Shown: positions 49,296-59,926, numbered from the stretch's first letter. The stretch: DNA of 64,000 bases from Pseudomonadota bacterium (GCA_043821645.1 JBDRCO010000118.1:140314-204313), one strand, 5' to 3'. The notes: generated by a model from the letters alone, not told the origin. Numbers and translations are program-made.

Positions 49296-50714
49296 TCAGC
49301 GCGCAGGCTGCGAGGAGGGTTCCGTGGCATCTTCCCAAGGCCAGCGAACGCCAGGCTGTGACGCCGCCGCGTCCTCGACGCCGGGGTCGGCCTCGAAGCC
49401 ATAGAGCGCCGGGATGACGAAGGGCCGCAGTGCGCGCGGTATCACCCGCAGCAGCACCAGCGCGAGTCCGGTGGCGGCGACGCCGACACCCACGGTGCCG
49501 GTGGTGGCCGCGATGGCCGCGTACTGTCCGAGGTTCGAGGTCGACTGGTACTCGAGCCCTGCGAAGATGGTGCCGGCGAAGAACAGCACCCCACCGGTGA
49601 CCAGCAGGGTCTGCCCGGCGGAGCCCAGCACGCCGTCGGTGAGCGCGAAGGCGTCGATGGCGCTGTCCATGGGTTCGAGATCGCGCGTCGCGTCGGACAG
49701 CACCTCGCGGCCGGTCTGGCGCATCACCGCCTTGGCGCTGTCAGCCCAGCGCTGGGACTTGATCCACGGTCCCGCCACCGGGATCCACTGCAGCAGCGTG
49801 AACTCGGGTTCGGCGCCTCCGGCCGCGGCGAGCAGAGCCCAGGCCCGGGTCCAGCCGGTGAGCGGTGGCTTGACCCACGATCCCTGTTGCGCGGCGCGCT
49901 GCTGCTCCGCGGTCACATGCCCGTGGGCCAGCAAGGCATACGAGGTTTCGAACACCCAGTCCGAGCCCTTGTCGCGAAGCTTGACGTAGCCCAGGTAGCC
50001 CAGCCCGCCCAGGGTCAGCAGCCCGGCCACGCCGACCGGGATGAAGTAGGGCGCCACGATCAGGGCCGGGATGGCGAGCACGGCGTAGCTCAACCCCGCC
50101 GCAATGGCGATGGCCAGGGCGGGATAGGTCACCAGATCCCGGAAGCCCTTGGCCAGGACCAGAGCCACGGCCGGTTGCCAGAACAGGATGTCGCGCTCGC
50201 CGTGGTAGGTCTCGACGTACTGCACCGCGAGCACCGCCGGGAGGAGGCACGCCCACTCGACCACCGTCCCGATGACGTCGCCCACGCCGGGCAGCAGCAC
50301 CAGCGGCAAGGTGATGGCCTCGCACATCTCGATGCTGCCGCGGACCGAGATCTCGACGGCCTGATCCGACTCCTGCCAGCCCTTTTGCGGTGCCTCGCCG
50401 GAAGCAACTGCGGCAGGTGGCTGGGGTGGTGTTGCGACGGGGGCGGGCGCCGGGGCACTGGGCGGGGGCGCGGCATGTTGTGACGACGGTGATGCGGCAG
50501 GCGCCGACGCCGCTGCGGCGCTGGATTGCTCCGTCGCGGGAGCAGTGCTGGACGCTGCAGTGGTGGCCTCGCTTGCGTCGGGAACGGCCGGCGTGGCGAC
50601 GGGAAGAGAGGTGGCCGCGTCCTGCGCTCGCAGCGCTGCCCCGGGGATGAGCAGGGAGACCAGCAGCGCAAGCACGATCCCGAGCGCTCGCACACCCCTT
50701 CGAGGAGTTCGCAT
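49296..50714 (-). CDS. Hypothetical multi-pass membrane protein with Pro/Ala-rich N-terminal region
   Basis: Signal peptide, low-complexity linker, several TM helices. Confidence 0.7.
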   Translation of the reverse strand: MRTPRRGVRALGIVLALLVSLLIPGAALRAQDAATSLPVATPAVPDASEATTAASSTAPATEQSSAAAASAPAASPSSQHAAPPPSAPAPAPVATPPQPPAAVASGEAPQKGWQESDQAVEISVRGSIEMCEAITLPLVLLPGVGDVIGTVVEWACLLPAVLAVQYVETYHGERDILFWQPAVALVLAKGFRDLVTYPALAIAIAAGLSYAVLAIPALIVAPYFIPVGVAGLLTLGGLGYLGYVKLRDKGSDWVFETSYALLAHGHVTAEQQRAAQQGSWVKPPLTGWTRAWALLAAAGGAEPEFTLLQWIPVAGPWIKSQRWADSAKAVMRQTGREVLSDATRDLEPMDSAIDAFALTDGVLGSAGQTLLVTGGVLFFAGTIFAGLEYQSTSNLGQYAAIAATTGTVGVGVAATGLALVLLRVIPRALRPFVIPALYGFEADPGVEDAAASQPGVRWPWEDATEPSSQPAR

Positions 50715-50723
50715 GTCGATGTC

Positions 50724-51173
50724 CTAGGAACGTTCCTGGGAGACCTGCACGAACACCAGCCGCAGATCATGCAGGATGGCCTCGAACAGCCGCTTCTCGT
50801 CGGCCGTCAGGTTACCCCGGGTCTTCTCGTGCATCATGTTGAGGATGTCGATGGTCTGCCGCGCCAGGCCGAGATCGCGCTGGCGCTCGCCGGTCTCCGG
50901 CAGCGGCAGCACACCTAGGTGCATCAGGGCTTGCTGGGCGAGGCTCTGGATGAACGCGGCGAAGTCGATGAGCGGGGGCAGGCTCTCGCTCTCCTTCTCG
51001 TCGTGACGGTGGAGGTCAGGTGCCGGATCGGGATCCGCGGCGCGGGCAGGCTCGGCTGCCGGGGCTGCGGCCTCTTCCGGGCGCTCGTCTCCGCTCTCGT
51101 CGAGACGGCGGCGATCCACGACCTTGACTGTCTTGGCTTCTTCGTCTTCGCGCGGACTCATGGCGGGCTCCAT
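50724..51173 (-). CDS. DUF1844 family protein
   Basis: F..FI.SLA.QAL..LG, A...ID.L.M...KTRGNLT.DE...F...L.DLRL.FV. Confidence 0.85.
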   Translation of the reverse strand: MEPAMSPREDEEAKTVKVVDRRRLDESGDERPEEAAAPAAEPARAADPDPAPDLHRHDEKESESLPPLIDFAAFIQSLAQQALMHLGVLPLPETGERQRDLGLARQTIDILNMMHEKTRGNLTADEKRLFEAILHDLRLVFVQVSQERS

Positions 51174-51206
51174 CGAGGCTGTGCGTGGCGCGCACGTTAT
51201 CTCGGC

Positions 51207-52529
51207 CTAGAGCTTGAACTCGACCTGGTCGACGTAGCGACCGCGCTTGACCAGGAACACCACCTGGCCCTTGCGGCGGGCGCGCAGGATGCCATTGCGA
51301 AAGTCATCCAGGCTCTTCACGTCGGCGGCATTGACCTGCAGGATCACGTCGCCGGGCTTGAGCCTCGCCTTGGCTGCGGGCAGGCCACCTTTGATCTGAT
51401 CGATCACCACACCGCGGCCGTGGCGCGTGGCGGGCTCCTTGACGGTCAGGCCAAGCTGGCCCTCGATGATGCGGTCGGCCAGCTCGAGCGGCACCTTGGC
51501 CGCGGTGATGGCCAGATCCAGCGGTGCGCCACGGCGCAGGACCTGCATCCTGATCACGGTGCCCGCGGTGAAGTCGCGCATCTTGGCGGTGTAGTCGGCG
51601 GCGGTCTCGATGGGAAAGTTCTCGACGGTGACGATGACGTCACCGACCTTCAGCCCGCCGCTGGCCGCGGGGCCGCCGTCCTCGATGGCCACCACCTTGA
51701 CCGCGGTCTTTTGCGGCAGGCCCAGCTTCTTGACCTCGTCGCCCTCGATGCCGCCCAGGTCGAGGCCGACGTAGGCGAGCTGTATGCTGCCGTAGGCAAT
51801 GAGGTCATCGACGATGCGGCGGGCCCGGTTGACCGGGATGGCGAAGCCGATGCCGATGCTGGCTCCCGGACCGTAGATGGCGGTGTTGACGCCGATCAGG
51901 CGGCCGGTGATGTCGAGCAGGGGACCGCCCGAATTGCCAGGGTTGATCGAGGCATCGGTCTGCACGAAGTCGTAGTAGGTGCGGCCGTCGGCGTTGAGGT
52001 TGCGGTGCAGGGCGCTGACCACGCCGGTGGTCACGGTGTTGGACAGGCCAAAGGGGTTGCCGATGGCAATCACGGTCTCGCCTATCATCAGATCCGTCGA
52101 GTCGCCCATGGGCATGAAGGGCAGCTTCTCGTCGGTCTGCAGCTTGACCACGGCCAGGTCGAGATCGGGGTCGGTGCCCACCACCTTGGCCTCGAACTCG
52201 CGGCGGTCGACCAGCGCCACCTTGATCTTGGCACCGCGCTGCACCACGTGAAAATTGGTCAGCACGTGGCCCTCGCCATCGATGATGGTGCCCGAGCCCA
52301 GGCTGGTGGTCTCGAGCTTGCGCTTGTAGCGGGGCTCGAAGACATCGCGGAAGAAGTCGCCGCTCCAGTCGCGCTGGGCAACCATCTCCTCGGTGTAGAC
52401 GTTGACCACCGCGCTTCCAGCCCGCTCCACCGCCCGCACCACGGCACTGCGCCGAAGATCGTGATCTTCCTGGGCCGCTGCTGACAGGCTGGTCGTCAGC
52501 AGCAGGGCGACGACCAGGGCAGGTCTCAC
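51207..52529 (-). CDS. HtrA/DegP family serine protease with two PDZ domains
   Basis: LTNFHVV, DLAVVK, AIGNPFG, QTDASINPGNSGGPL; two G(L/D).GDVI PDZ motifs. Confidence 0.93.
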   Translation of the reverse strand: MRPALVVALLLTTSLSAAAQEDHDLRRSAVVRAVERAGSAVVNVYTEEMVAQRDWSGDFFRDVFEPRYKRKLETTSLGSGTIIDGEGHVLTNFHVVQRGAKIKVALVDRREFEAKVVGTDPDLDLAVVKLQTDEKLPFMPMGDSTDLMIGETVIAIGNPFGLSNTVTTGVVSALHRNLNADGRTYYDFVQTDASINPGNSGGPLLDITGRLIGVNTAIYGPGASIGIGFAIPVNRARRIVDDLIAYGSIQLAYVGLDLGGIEGDEVKKLGLPQKTAVKVVAIEDGGPAASGGLKVGDVIVTVENFPIETAADYTAKMRDFTAGTVIRMQVLRRGAPLDLAITAAKVPLELADRIIEGQLGLTVKEPATRHGRGVVIDQIKGGLPAAKARLKPGDVILQVNAADVKSLDDFRNGILRARRKGQVVFLVKRGRYVDQVEFKL

Positions 52530-52717
52530 TGGGGCTTCGCCTCGCCGTTACCGCCCGGAATGGGGAATTCCTCGAGGTGCATCTCTTCGTACTTGCCGTC
52601 GAGATCGGGCAGGTTCTTCAGGTGGCTCTGCAGGTCCTTGTCGCTGACCTGGCCCCGCGCCTGGTAGCGATGAACCACGCGCACGTCCAGCATCTTGTCC
52701 GGGATGATCTTGGCCAT
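52526..52717 (-). CDS. Small hypothetical protein (63 aa)
   Basis: SD GAGGTG; promoter upstream; stop overlaps the htrA GTG. Confidence 0.7.
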   Translation of the reverse strand: MAKIIPDKMLDVRVVHRYQARGQVSDKDLQSHLKNLPDLDGKYEEMHLEEFPIPGGNGEAKPQ

Positions 52718-52757
52718 GGGAAACACCTCATCGATCGTGAAGATCGAGCAGCGGGCA

Positions 52758-52786
52758 AATATGGGAACCTGGCGGTGCCCTGTCAA
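52758..52786 (-). promoter_or_regulatory. Sigma70-type promoter for the small gene-htrA-DUF1844 unit
   Basis: TTGACA-17 nt-CATATT on the minus strand. Confidence 0.6.
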
Positions 52787-52829
52787 GGGCGCGCGTGCCG
52801 CCCATGAGAAATGATGTGACCTGGGGTGC

Positions 52830-54704
52830 CTACTGACAGAAGGCCGGGCTCGGGTTCTCGGCGCAGTTCTGGGCGCAGTTGATCTCGAAGATGCTGGCCG
52901 GCTCCAGGCGGTGCACGCCATAGGAGTAGTCCATGAGGCCGATGATCGAGCTGAAGCTCTGGCCTGGCTGGCGACGGTCTTCACACTTGTTGACCAGGTT
53001 GTCGCATGTGCGCTCGGTGTAGGCCGGCGCTCCCGTCGTCGACGGCGAGCGCCACCAACCACCCCAGCCGTGGCGGAAGAAGGTGCCGATCTCGACTCCG
53101 TGCAAGCTGGTAGCACTGGCGCCGGCCACCCGGAAGTATCCGAAGTCACGGATGTCGTTGACGTTGTTCGAGTATGGATAGCCCACGCAGAGGTCCAGCA
53201 ACTGCACGTTGCGCAGCTCGACCAGCACACCCTCGTACTTCTCGGTGTCCGGACCGGGCAGCAGCGCGGGCCGCACCTCGGGGTTGCCGCTCTCGGGCAC
53301 CCGCGGCATGCCGCTGTAGATCGTCGACACATCGCCGTCGAACAGCGCCGGCAGGGGCATGGCGACCAGGGGTGTGGCGTCGTTGGTGGAGCCCAGGCGG
53401 GTCAACACCTCGAGCCGGCTGAGCTGGGTCATGTCGTAGTACTCGGCGGGCTCGCCGACCAGGGTGATGATGTCGCCCACCTGCGGGAAGCCGTCGAGCA
53501 TGTTCTGCAGCGTGGCGTTCTTCACGAAGTGCCCGGTGAAGGTGTAGTTGGTGTCGAAGCCGTCGGTGACGGTGCCGGCCTGGCCACAGTCGACCAGGGC
53601 GGTGCCGGAGAGGCCGTCGCACGCGGTGCCGCGACGCCAGCGCACGCCCGGGATGACGGTGATCTTGATGCCGGACCAGGCCTGCAGCCGGCCGTTGGCG
53701 TCGACGGCGCTCGGGTCGGCCACGAAGAAGCCGTACATGTAGTACGGGCAGTAGCCGCCACTGGTCTTCTCCTCATCCAGGCAGGTGGACTCGTCGCTGA
53801 CGCCGAACACCGTCGAGGTCACCACCATCTGGGTCAGGCGCACCGGGTTGCAGCGCAGCGAGGTGGTGGCGCAGACCTCGGGGTGGTTGGGGTCAGCGGG
53901 GTTCTGCACCGCGGCCGGGCTGGAGTCGGTGATGACGCGGGCACCGGAGAGGCTGACCACGTCGGCGGCGTCGCGAGGCATGAGCACGTAGTCGCCGTAA
54001 TAAGTGTAGCGCAGCACGCCGGTGATGCTGGTGAACACCTCCTGGGCGCCGGGCACGTACTCGAACAGCTGGTCGTCGACCAGGGCGCCGCCGGTGACCT
54101 GGAACTGGCCGAAGGAGACCAGGGATCCGTCCGGGAACAGCACCGTGGACACGCCCTCGACGCGCACCAGCACGCCTTCCCAGGCTTCGGCGGTGGCGTC
54201 GGCGACCAGATCTGCGGCGTTGGCCACGGTGGCGGCCACGCTGCCGGTGCCGCGCACGGTGACGTGGGTGGCCTCGAGCTGCGTCTCGGTCCCGGTGTTG
54301 CCGGTCTGGCCGGTGAACTCGACCAGGGTCCCCTCGACGTCGACCAGGTCGTTGCGTGCGACCGTGACCTCGCCGGTGGCCACCGTGACCAGGATGCCGC
54401 TGAAGGCTCCTCCCTCGGCGTCGGACACGAAGAAGCCCTCGAGGGCCGACGACACGCTGAACATCTGCGAGCTGACCACCAGATCAGTGAGCGCCACCTG
54501 GGCCTCGGCGCCCGGGAAGCGCGGCGAGGTCGAATCCTGCAGGTCCTTGACCTTGAGCCGGTTGGGGTTGCCGCCGTCGTCGATCGCGGCGTCGCGGCGA
54601 CCCGCGTCGTAGCCACCCGCATCGTCGTCGCCGTTGCGAATCGGACAGCCCACGAGCATCAGGCCGCCCAGAAGCAAACAGGTCACGCGCTTCGACATTC
54701 TCAC
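52830..54704 (-). CDS. Lipoprotein with two extracellular-nuclease-type OB-fold modules and no evident catalytic domain
   Basis: Lipobox LVGC; repeated GFFV.D...A.SGI.., D.V...G...E(F/Y)...TQL, E..EGVLV, F.SI.G...Y.Y....L.P. Confidence 0.75.
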   Translation of the reverse strand: MRMSKRVTCLLLGGLMLVGCPIRNGDDDAGGYDAGRRDAAIDDGGNPNRLKVKDLQDSTSPRFPGAEAQVALTDLVVSSQMFSVSSALEGFFVSDAEGGAFSGILVTVATGEVTVARNDLVDVEGTLVEFTGQTGNTGTETQLEATHVTVRGTGSVAATVANAADLVADATAEAWEGVLVRVEGVSTVLFPDGSLVSFGQFQVTGGALVDDQLFEYVPGAQEVFTSITGVLRYTYYGDYVLMPRDAADVVSLSGARVITDSSPAAVQNPADPNHPEVCATTSLRCNPVRLTQMVVTSTVFGVSDESTCLDEEKTSGGYCPYYMYGFFVADPSAVDANGRLQAWSGIKITVIPGVRWRRGTACDGLSGTALVDCGQAGTVTDGFDTNYTFTGHFVKNATLQNMLDGFPQVGDIITLVGEPAEYYDMTQLSRLEVLTRLGSTNDATPLVAMPLPALFDGDVSTIYSGMPRVPESGNPEVRPALLPGPDTEKYEGVLVELRNVQLLDLCVGYPYSNNVNDIRDFGYFRVAGASATSLHGVEIGTFFRHGWGGWWRSPSTTGAPAYTERTCDNLVNKCEDRRQPGQSFSSIIGLMDYSYGVHRLEPASIFEINCAQNCAENPSPAFCQ

Positions 54705-54796
54705 ACCTCTCCTCAGGGTCCTATTCAGGACCGGGCCGTCATGGCGCCGGCAGGCTCACAAAGGCCAGGCCAGCATGCGAGTCGAGAAAAAGGGTG

Positions 54797-56944
54797 TCAA
54801 GCGCGCCGCTGGCGGCGCCCGTGCCGTGGTGGCGCCGGTGCAGGGACTCCGTCGTCGGGCATGGCAAGTTCGATGCTGCGCGTCGCCACGTCGACGTGGA
54901 CCACGCGCACGCGCAGTGCGTCTCCCAGCCGGAAGCGCCGCCGGCTGCGCCGCCCCACCAGCGCCAGGCCGTCGTCCGAGGCCTGGTAGCGGTCGCGCGG
55001 TTGCAGGGCCTCGATGGGAAGGTAGCCCTCGAGCAGCGGGTGCTGGACCTGCACGAACAGCCCGCCGGGCTGCAGCCCGATGAGGTTGGCGTCGAACACC
55101 TCGCCGAGGTGGCGGCTGGCCAGCTGGGCGCCGAGCATGCCGTCGATGAAGCGCTCCAGCTCCATGGCCTGGCGTTCCGCGCTGTTGATCGGATCCTGCG
55201 CCGTCGCCACCTCGGCCTGGCGGCGCCGCGGATCGCGCGCGCCGGACAGGTCGTCGCCCAGCACCCGATGCACCAGCAGGTCGGGGTAGCGCCGGATGGG
55301 GGAGGTGAAGTGCAGGTAATCCGAAACGGCCAGGCCGTAGTGTCCCAGCGGCGCCACGTCGTAACGAGCCTGGGGCAAACCGCGGAGCAGCAACATGGAC
55401 AGCAGGCGGCGGTCCGCGTCGCTGCGCGCGGCCTTGAGGGCGCGTGTCAGGGCCTGACCGCGCACGGTGTCGTCGACGGTGAGTCCCACCAGGGCCTTCG
55501 CCGCGTCCGCGAAGGGGCGTAGGCGGTCGCTGCGCGGTGCCGGATGCACGCGGTACAGCGCTGGCAGTTCGCGTGCCATGAACCAGCGCGCCACGGCCCG
55601 GTTGGCCTCGACCATGAACACCTCGATCAGGCGCTCGGCCGCGGCCATGGGGCGCGGGAAGCCGTCGATGGGTTCCCCCGCCTCGTCGAGCACGAAGCGG
55701 GCCTCGGGGATGTCCAGGTCGAGCCGGCCTTGCTGGTGGGCGCGTTTTTCAAGTTGCTGCGCCAGCCGGGCCAGCTGCTGCACCATGGGCCAGCGTTCCC
55801 CGAGCTGGCCGCGCACCGCCGCGTCTCCGTCCAGGGCCGCGTTGACCTGATCGTAGGTCAGCCTGGCCCGGCTGCGGATCACGGCGCGCAGCAGCTCCAC
55901 CTCCACCACTTCGAGGGAGCCGTCGTAGGTCAGGCGGCACACCATGGCCAGCCTGTCCTCGTCGGGACGCAGGCTGCACAGCTGTGCCGCGAGGCGCTCG
56001 GGCAGCATGTGCGCCACCCCGCCGGGCCAGTACACGCTGGTGGCCCGGCGCCGCGCCTCCTGATCGATGGCGGAACCGGAGGTCACGAAGGAGGCCACGT
56101 CGGCGATGGCGACGGTCAGGGTGCGTCGATCGCCCTGCTCCTCGAGCGCCACCGCATCATCGAAATCGCAGGCATCGTCGCCGTCGATGGTGACCAGGGG
56201 TAGGCCGCGCAGGTCATCGCGCCCCTGCAGCTGTCGCGCCGGCACGGCCTCGGTGAGCGTGGCCGCCTCGGCCTCGCAGGCCGGCGGATGTTCGCGGTGA
56301 ACGCCGCGATTGATCAGGATGCGCTCGACCTCGGCGCGGCTGGAGCCGGTCTGTCCGATCACGCGCAGCACCCGCCCGCGCAGCGAGGCCTGGGCACCGG
56401 GCTCCAGGGTCACCTCGACCAGAGTGCCGGTGGCGGCCTCGGTGGGCTCGGACAGCCACACAGGCTGCCCGAAGCGCCCGTCCTCGGCCTCGACGAAGGC
56501 CAGACCGCCGGAGCGGCGCAAGGTGCCCACGAGTTGCTCGCGTGCGCGCTGCAGCACCACCAGGCCGCAGGCCTGTTCCCGGCCCCGGCGATCGGGCTCC
56601 ACCCGCGCTCGCACGCGGTCCCCATCGACGACGGAACCGAGTTCCGACGCCGCCACGTGCAGCGAACGGTCGTCGTCGAGGCGCAGTCGGCCGTGCCCGC
56701 GGGCGCGTCGCGTCACCACACCCTCGACCAGGATCTCCTGGCGCGGCGGGGGCTGCGGTGGGCGCGGTCCCGACCTCTTGTGCAGGTGCTGCAGGGCCTC
56801 CCGGATGCGCGGGATCGACAGGGCGGGCGGACCGAGGGCACGGCGCAGCGCCACCAGGTCGAGCTCCTGTCCCGACGGCCAGCGATCCAGCTGGACCTGC
56901 ACACGCTGCACATCTCGTCGTCGAACCATGGGCGATTGTGCCAT
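54797..56944 (-). CDS. rnr: Ribonuclease R (RNB family)
   Basis: TIDGDDACDFDDA, AIADV, RATSVY, CSLRP, IE.FM..AN, YLHFTSPIRRYPDL; C-terminal S1 domain. Confidence 0.93.
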   Translation of the reverse strand: MAQSPMVRRRDVQRVQVQLDRWPSGQELDLVALRRALGPPALSIPRIREALQHLHKRSGPRPPQPPPRQEILVEGVVTRRARGHGRLRLDDDRSLHVAASELGSVVDGDRVRARVEPDRRGREQACGLVVLQRAREQLVGTLRRSGGLAFVEAEDGRFGQPVWLSEPTEAATGTLVEVTLEPGAQASLRGRVLRVIGQTGSSRAEVERILINRGVHREHPPACEAEAATLTEAVPARQLQGRDDLRGLPLVTIDGDDACDFDDAVALEEQGDRRTLTVAIADVASFVTSGSAIDQEARRRATSVYWPGGVAHMLPERLAAQLCSLRPDEDRLAMVCRLTYDGSLEVVEVELLRAVIRSRARLTYDQVNAALDGDAAVRGQLGERWPMVQQLARLAQQLEKRAHQQGRLDLDIPEARFVLDEAGEPIDGFPRPMAAAERLIEVFMVEANRAVARWFMARELPALYRVHPAPRSDRLRPFADAAKALVGLTVDDTVRGQALTRALKAARSDADRRLLSMLLLRGLPQARYDVAPLGHYGLAVSDYLHFTSPIRRYPDLLVHRVLGDDLSGARDPRRRQAEVATAQDPINSAERQAMELERFIDGMLGAQLASRHLGEVFDANLIGLQPGGLFVQVQHPLLEGYLPIEALQPRDRYQASDDGLALVGRRSRRRFRLGDALRVRVVHVDVATRSIELAMPDDGVPAPAPPRHGRRQRRA

Positions 56945-57063
56945 GCCAGGCGCCCAGGCAGCCAGTGCTCATTGGGCCGCCGCGGTGGACAAGGATCCCG
57001 CCCTGTGGTAGGTCCACGCGAACTTCAAGGACCTATTTTCCGTCGTCAGGGAGGCATTTGACC

Positions 57064-57774
57064 ATGCGAACATCGCTGCTTGCTGTCGCCCTTGTCGTCG
57101 CCACCGGGTGCGGCGTGGGCTCGGCTTCCTTCAGCGGTGACATCGGTGACCGCAGCTTTGCACCGGTGGGTACCGTGTTCGCCTTCGTGGATGCCCTGGA
57201 GCCGGCTCCCGAGCTCAAGGGTCGCGACAAGCGCCGTGTGATCCTGGCCATGACCTTCGCGGCTTTCGATCCCAGCGTCGACCAGGAGCAGCTGTCGGCC
57301 ACCGAACTGGCCGATCTGGCCCACGCCATCGAGATCCACGACTGGCTGTCCCTGCGCTGGGAAGATCAGCGCGAGGTGCAGGGCGGCGCGCAGTACGATG
57401 ACGTGCTGCTGGCCGGTGACCAGGATGGCCGCTACACCGACGCCGACACCACCGCCGATGGCCGCAGCGAGGGCTTCGACGCACGCTTCGGGCTGGCGCG
57501 CGAGGCCCTGGCTCCCGGCGCCAGCTACACCGACTACAAGCCCTTTGCCACCCGCAGCCGGGTCGGCGTGCACCTCGAGAGCGTGGACCTGGAGCAGGCC
57601 ATGGAGATCCAGGGCTCGCTCACCATCCAGGTCGAGCGGGCCGAGAGCGATCCCGCGGATGCGCGCGTCGGCACGGTCGAAGGCAGCTTCGTCGCTCGGG
57701 TCATCGGCGAGCGCGTGGCCGAGAAGAACTTCGAGACCCTGCAACTGTACAAGCTGCTCGAGGTCCAGCGATGA
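57064..57774 (+). CDS. Hypothetical lipoprotein, paralog 1
   Basis: SD GGAGG; lipobox ATGC; paralogous to the next gene. Confidence 0.8.
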   Translation: MRTSLLAVALVVATGCGVGSASFSGDIGDRSFAPVGTVFAFVDALEPAPELKGRDKRRVILAMTFAAFDPSVDQEQLSATELADLAHAIEIHDWLSLRWEDQREVQGGAQYDDVLLAGDQDGRYTDADTTADGRSEGFDARFGLAREALAPGASYTDYKPFATRSRVGVHLESVDLEQAMEIQGSLTIQVERAESDPADARVGTVEGSFVARVIGERVAEKNFETLQLYKLLEVQR

Positions 57775-58418
57775 GGGCGGCACTAGCGCTGCTCGCGCTG
57801 TCCGGGATCGGCTGCGGCTACGGCGCGGTGTCGGTCGACGGCAGCTTTGGTCCCGAGCGCTTCGAGCCCACGGGAACGGTGTTCGCCGTGGTGGACGCCC
57901 ACGTCGAGGTCGATGACCCGACCGGCGGCATCCGGGTCGAGGAGCGTGCGGTCAAGACCGTGGTGGTTTTTCTGTGTCAGGCCGCCCTGGATCCCGACGT
58001 GGACTGGGCAGGCTTGCCCGGGCGCGAGATCCTGGGCCTGCAAGAGACCGTGCGGCGGGGCGACCGCGTGCTGGTGCGGGATCTGGCCCTGACCCAGCTC
58101 GAACCCGGGGCGCGGCTCGAGGCCTCGGCCCAGCGCGCGGATTTTGGCTTCGTGGCCTTGCCCGGAACCGAGCCCGTCGGCGCCGACGACAGCTACGCCC
58201 AGGTGCGTCCGCTGGGGCGCGTGGTCAAGGCGGCCTTCGTGGTCGAGGAGGCCGAGCTGCGTGAGGGTGGCCACCTGCGCGCCAGTTTGACCCTCGCCCG
58301 CGAGCGCGCCGGCGACCAGCCCGCCAACACCGCCACCGGGCAGGTCACCCTGACCTTCGACGCGCCCATCCTCGGCGAGCGCATCGGCGAGTCCAACCTC
58401 TCCATTCTCGATCTCTAG
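57771..58418 (+). CDS. Hypothetical lipoprotein, paralog 2
   Basis: Lipobox GIGC; ATGA overlap; shares F.P.GTVFA.VDA and GER..E.N motifs with paralog 1. Confidence 0.8.
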   Translation: MRAALALLALSGIGCGYGAVSVDGSFGPERFEPTGTVFAVVDAHVEVDDPTGGIRVEERAVKTVVVFLCQAALDPDVDWAGLPGREILGLQETVRRGDRVLVRDLALTQLEPGARLEASAQRADFGFVALPGTEPVGADDSYAQVRPLGRVVKAAFVVEEAELREGGHLRASLTLARERAGDQPANTATGQVTLTFDAPILGERIGESNLSILDL

Positions 58419-58428
58419 CCCACTGCGG

Positions 58429-59926
58429 TTGACCGCAGGCACCCGCGCACCCCATCATCCCGACGTGGACGACCGCCTCCCTCACCGACCCGCGTTCGAC
58501 CTGACGAGCCGCCTGGTGCCGATACTGGCCGCGCTGTTCGTGCTCGGCGTCGGAGCCCTGTGCCAGTTCGTGGTGGTGAGGCCCATGCTCGAGCGTGCGC
58601 CGGCCCTCTCCATTGCGGCCGAGGCCGAGCTGGTGCTGTGGTTGTTGATCTCCACCAGCGCCGTCGTGGCGGCCCTGCTGTCCTCGCTGGCGCTGAGCTC
58701 GCAGCGGCGGCCCTTGCACGACCTGGCGGCGCAGATCGGCGTGTCCGGGGTGGTGGGCGCGCCGACGCCGCTGGCCTTGCCCGAGGTGGGCCCGGCGGCG
58801 CTGTTCCAGGTCGTGACGCGGTACAATGCCCTGGTGGAGATGGTGCTGCGCTCCAGCGACGCACTCCGCAGCGACGCGGCCCTGGCCCACGCCCGCGCCA
58901 GCTCCGAGGAGGAGCTGTCGTCGCTCGTCCTCAGCCACGTCCCGTCCGGCATCCTGGCCGTCGACGCCCGGGGGCGCGTGGTGCGCGCCAATGAAGCGGC
59001 CCTGCGCATCCTCGACCTGACGATGGACGCCCTCGACGGCGAGGAGCTTGCCGGGGTGTTGGGGGAGAGCCATCCTCTGGTCGAGGCCACCCGCCATGAT
59101 GTCCTGCGCGACGAGTTCCAGGTGAGCCAGGGGCAGCACCCGCGCGTGCTCGGCGTCTCCTCCGGCATCCTGCGCGATGCCGCGGGCCAGGCCGCGGGCC
59201 ACGTGCTGGTGTTCGCGGATCTGACCGACCTGCGCCACCTCGAGCAACAGCTGCAGATGAAGGAGCGTCTGGCCTCGCTGGGGCAGGTGGCGGCGGGCCT
59301 GGCGCACGAGATTCGCAATCCCCTGGGTGCCCTGCGCGGCTTCATCGAACTCCTCGAGCGGCGGCTTGATGAGCCCGAGCGCGCGCGCCCGCTGTTCGCC
59401 AAGGTACTGCGCGAGGCCGACACGCTGTCGCAGGTGGTCGGTGACTTCTTGGCCTTTTGCCCGGCCTGCACCGCCGCGGCGCGAGACCATCGATGTCCAG
59501 AGCCTGCTCGAGGAGGCGTGCGAGGCCGGGGCCACGGCGGCAGGTGTCGAGGGCCTGCACACCCAGATCCTCGTCGACGCCGACGCGCGCGTGCTGCTGG
59601 CCGACGCGGTACAGCTGCGCCGGGCCCTGGTCAATTTCGTGCTCAATGCCTGCCAGGCCACGGGTGCCGGGGGCCAGGTGAGGCTGCGGGCCGAACGCCG
59701 CCAGGCGGTGCTGCGCCTCGCGGTCGAGGATGACGGACCTGGAGTTCCAAAGGAGCAGCGGCTGGATGTGGTGACGCCCTTTTTCACCACCAAGCGCGGA
59801 GGAACGGGGCTGGGCCTGGCGGTGGCGCACCAGATTGCCCGGGCCCACGACGGAGAGCTGCAGATCGAGGATGTCGAAGGGGGTGGGGCCCGCTTCGTGC
59901 TCGAACTGCCGGCTCCGGAACCCTGA
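58429..59926 (+). pseudogene. PAS-domain sensor histidine kinase split by a +1 frameshift near 59455-59458
   Basis: First frame has TM helices, PAS and H-box LAHEIRNPL up to DFLAF. The HATPase (NACQA, DDGPG, PFFTTK, GTGLGL) continues in another frame after the TTTT run. Start codon uncertain. Confidence 0.8.
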
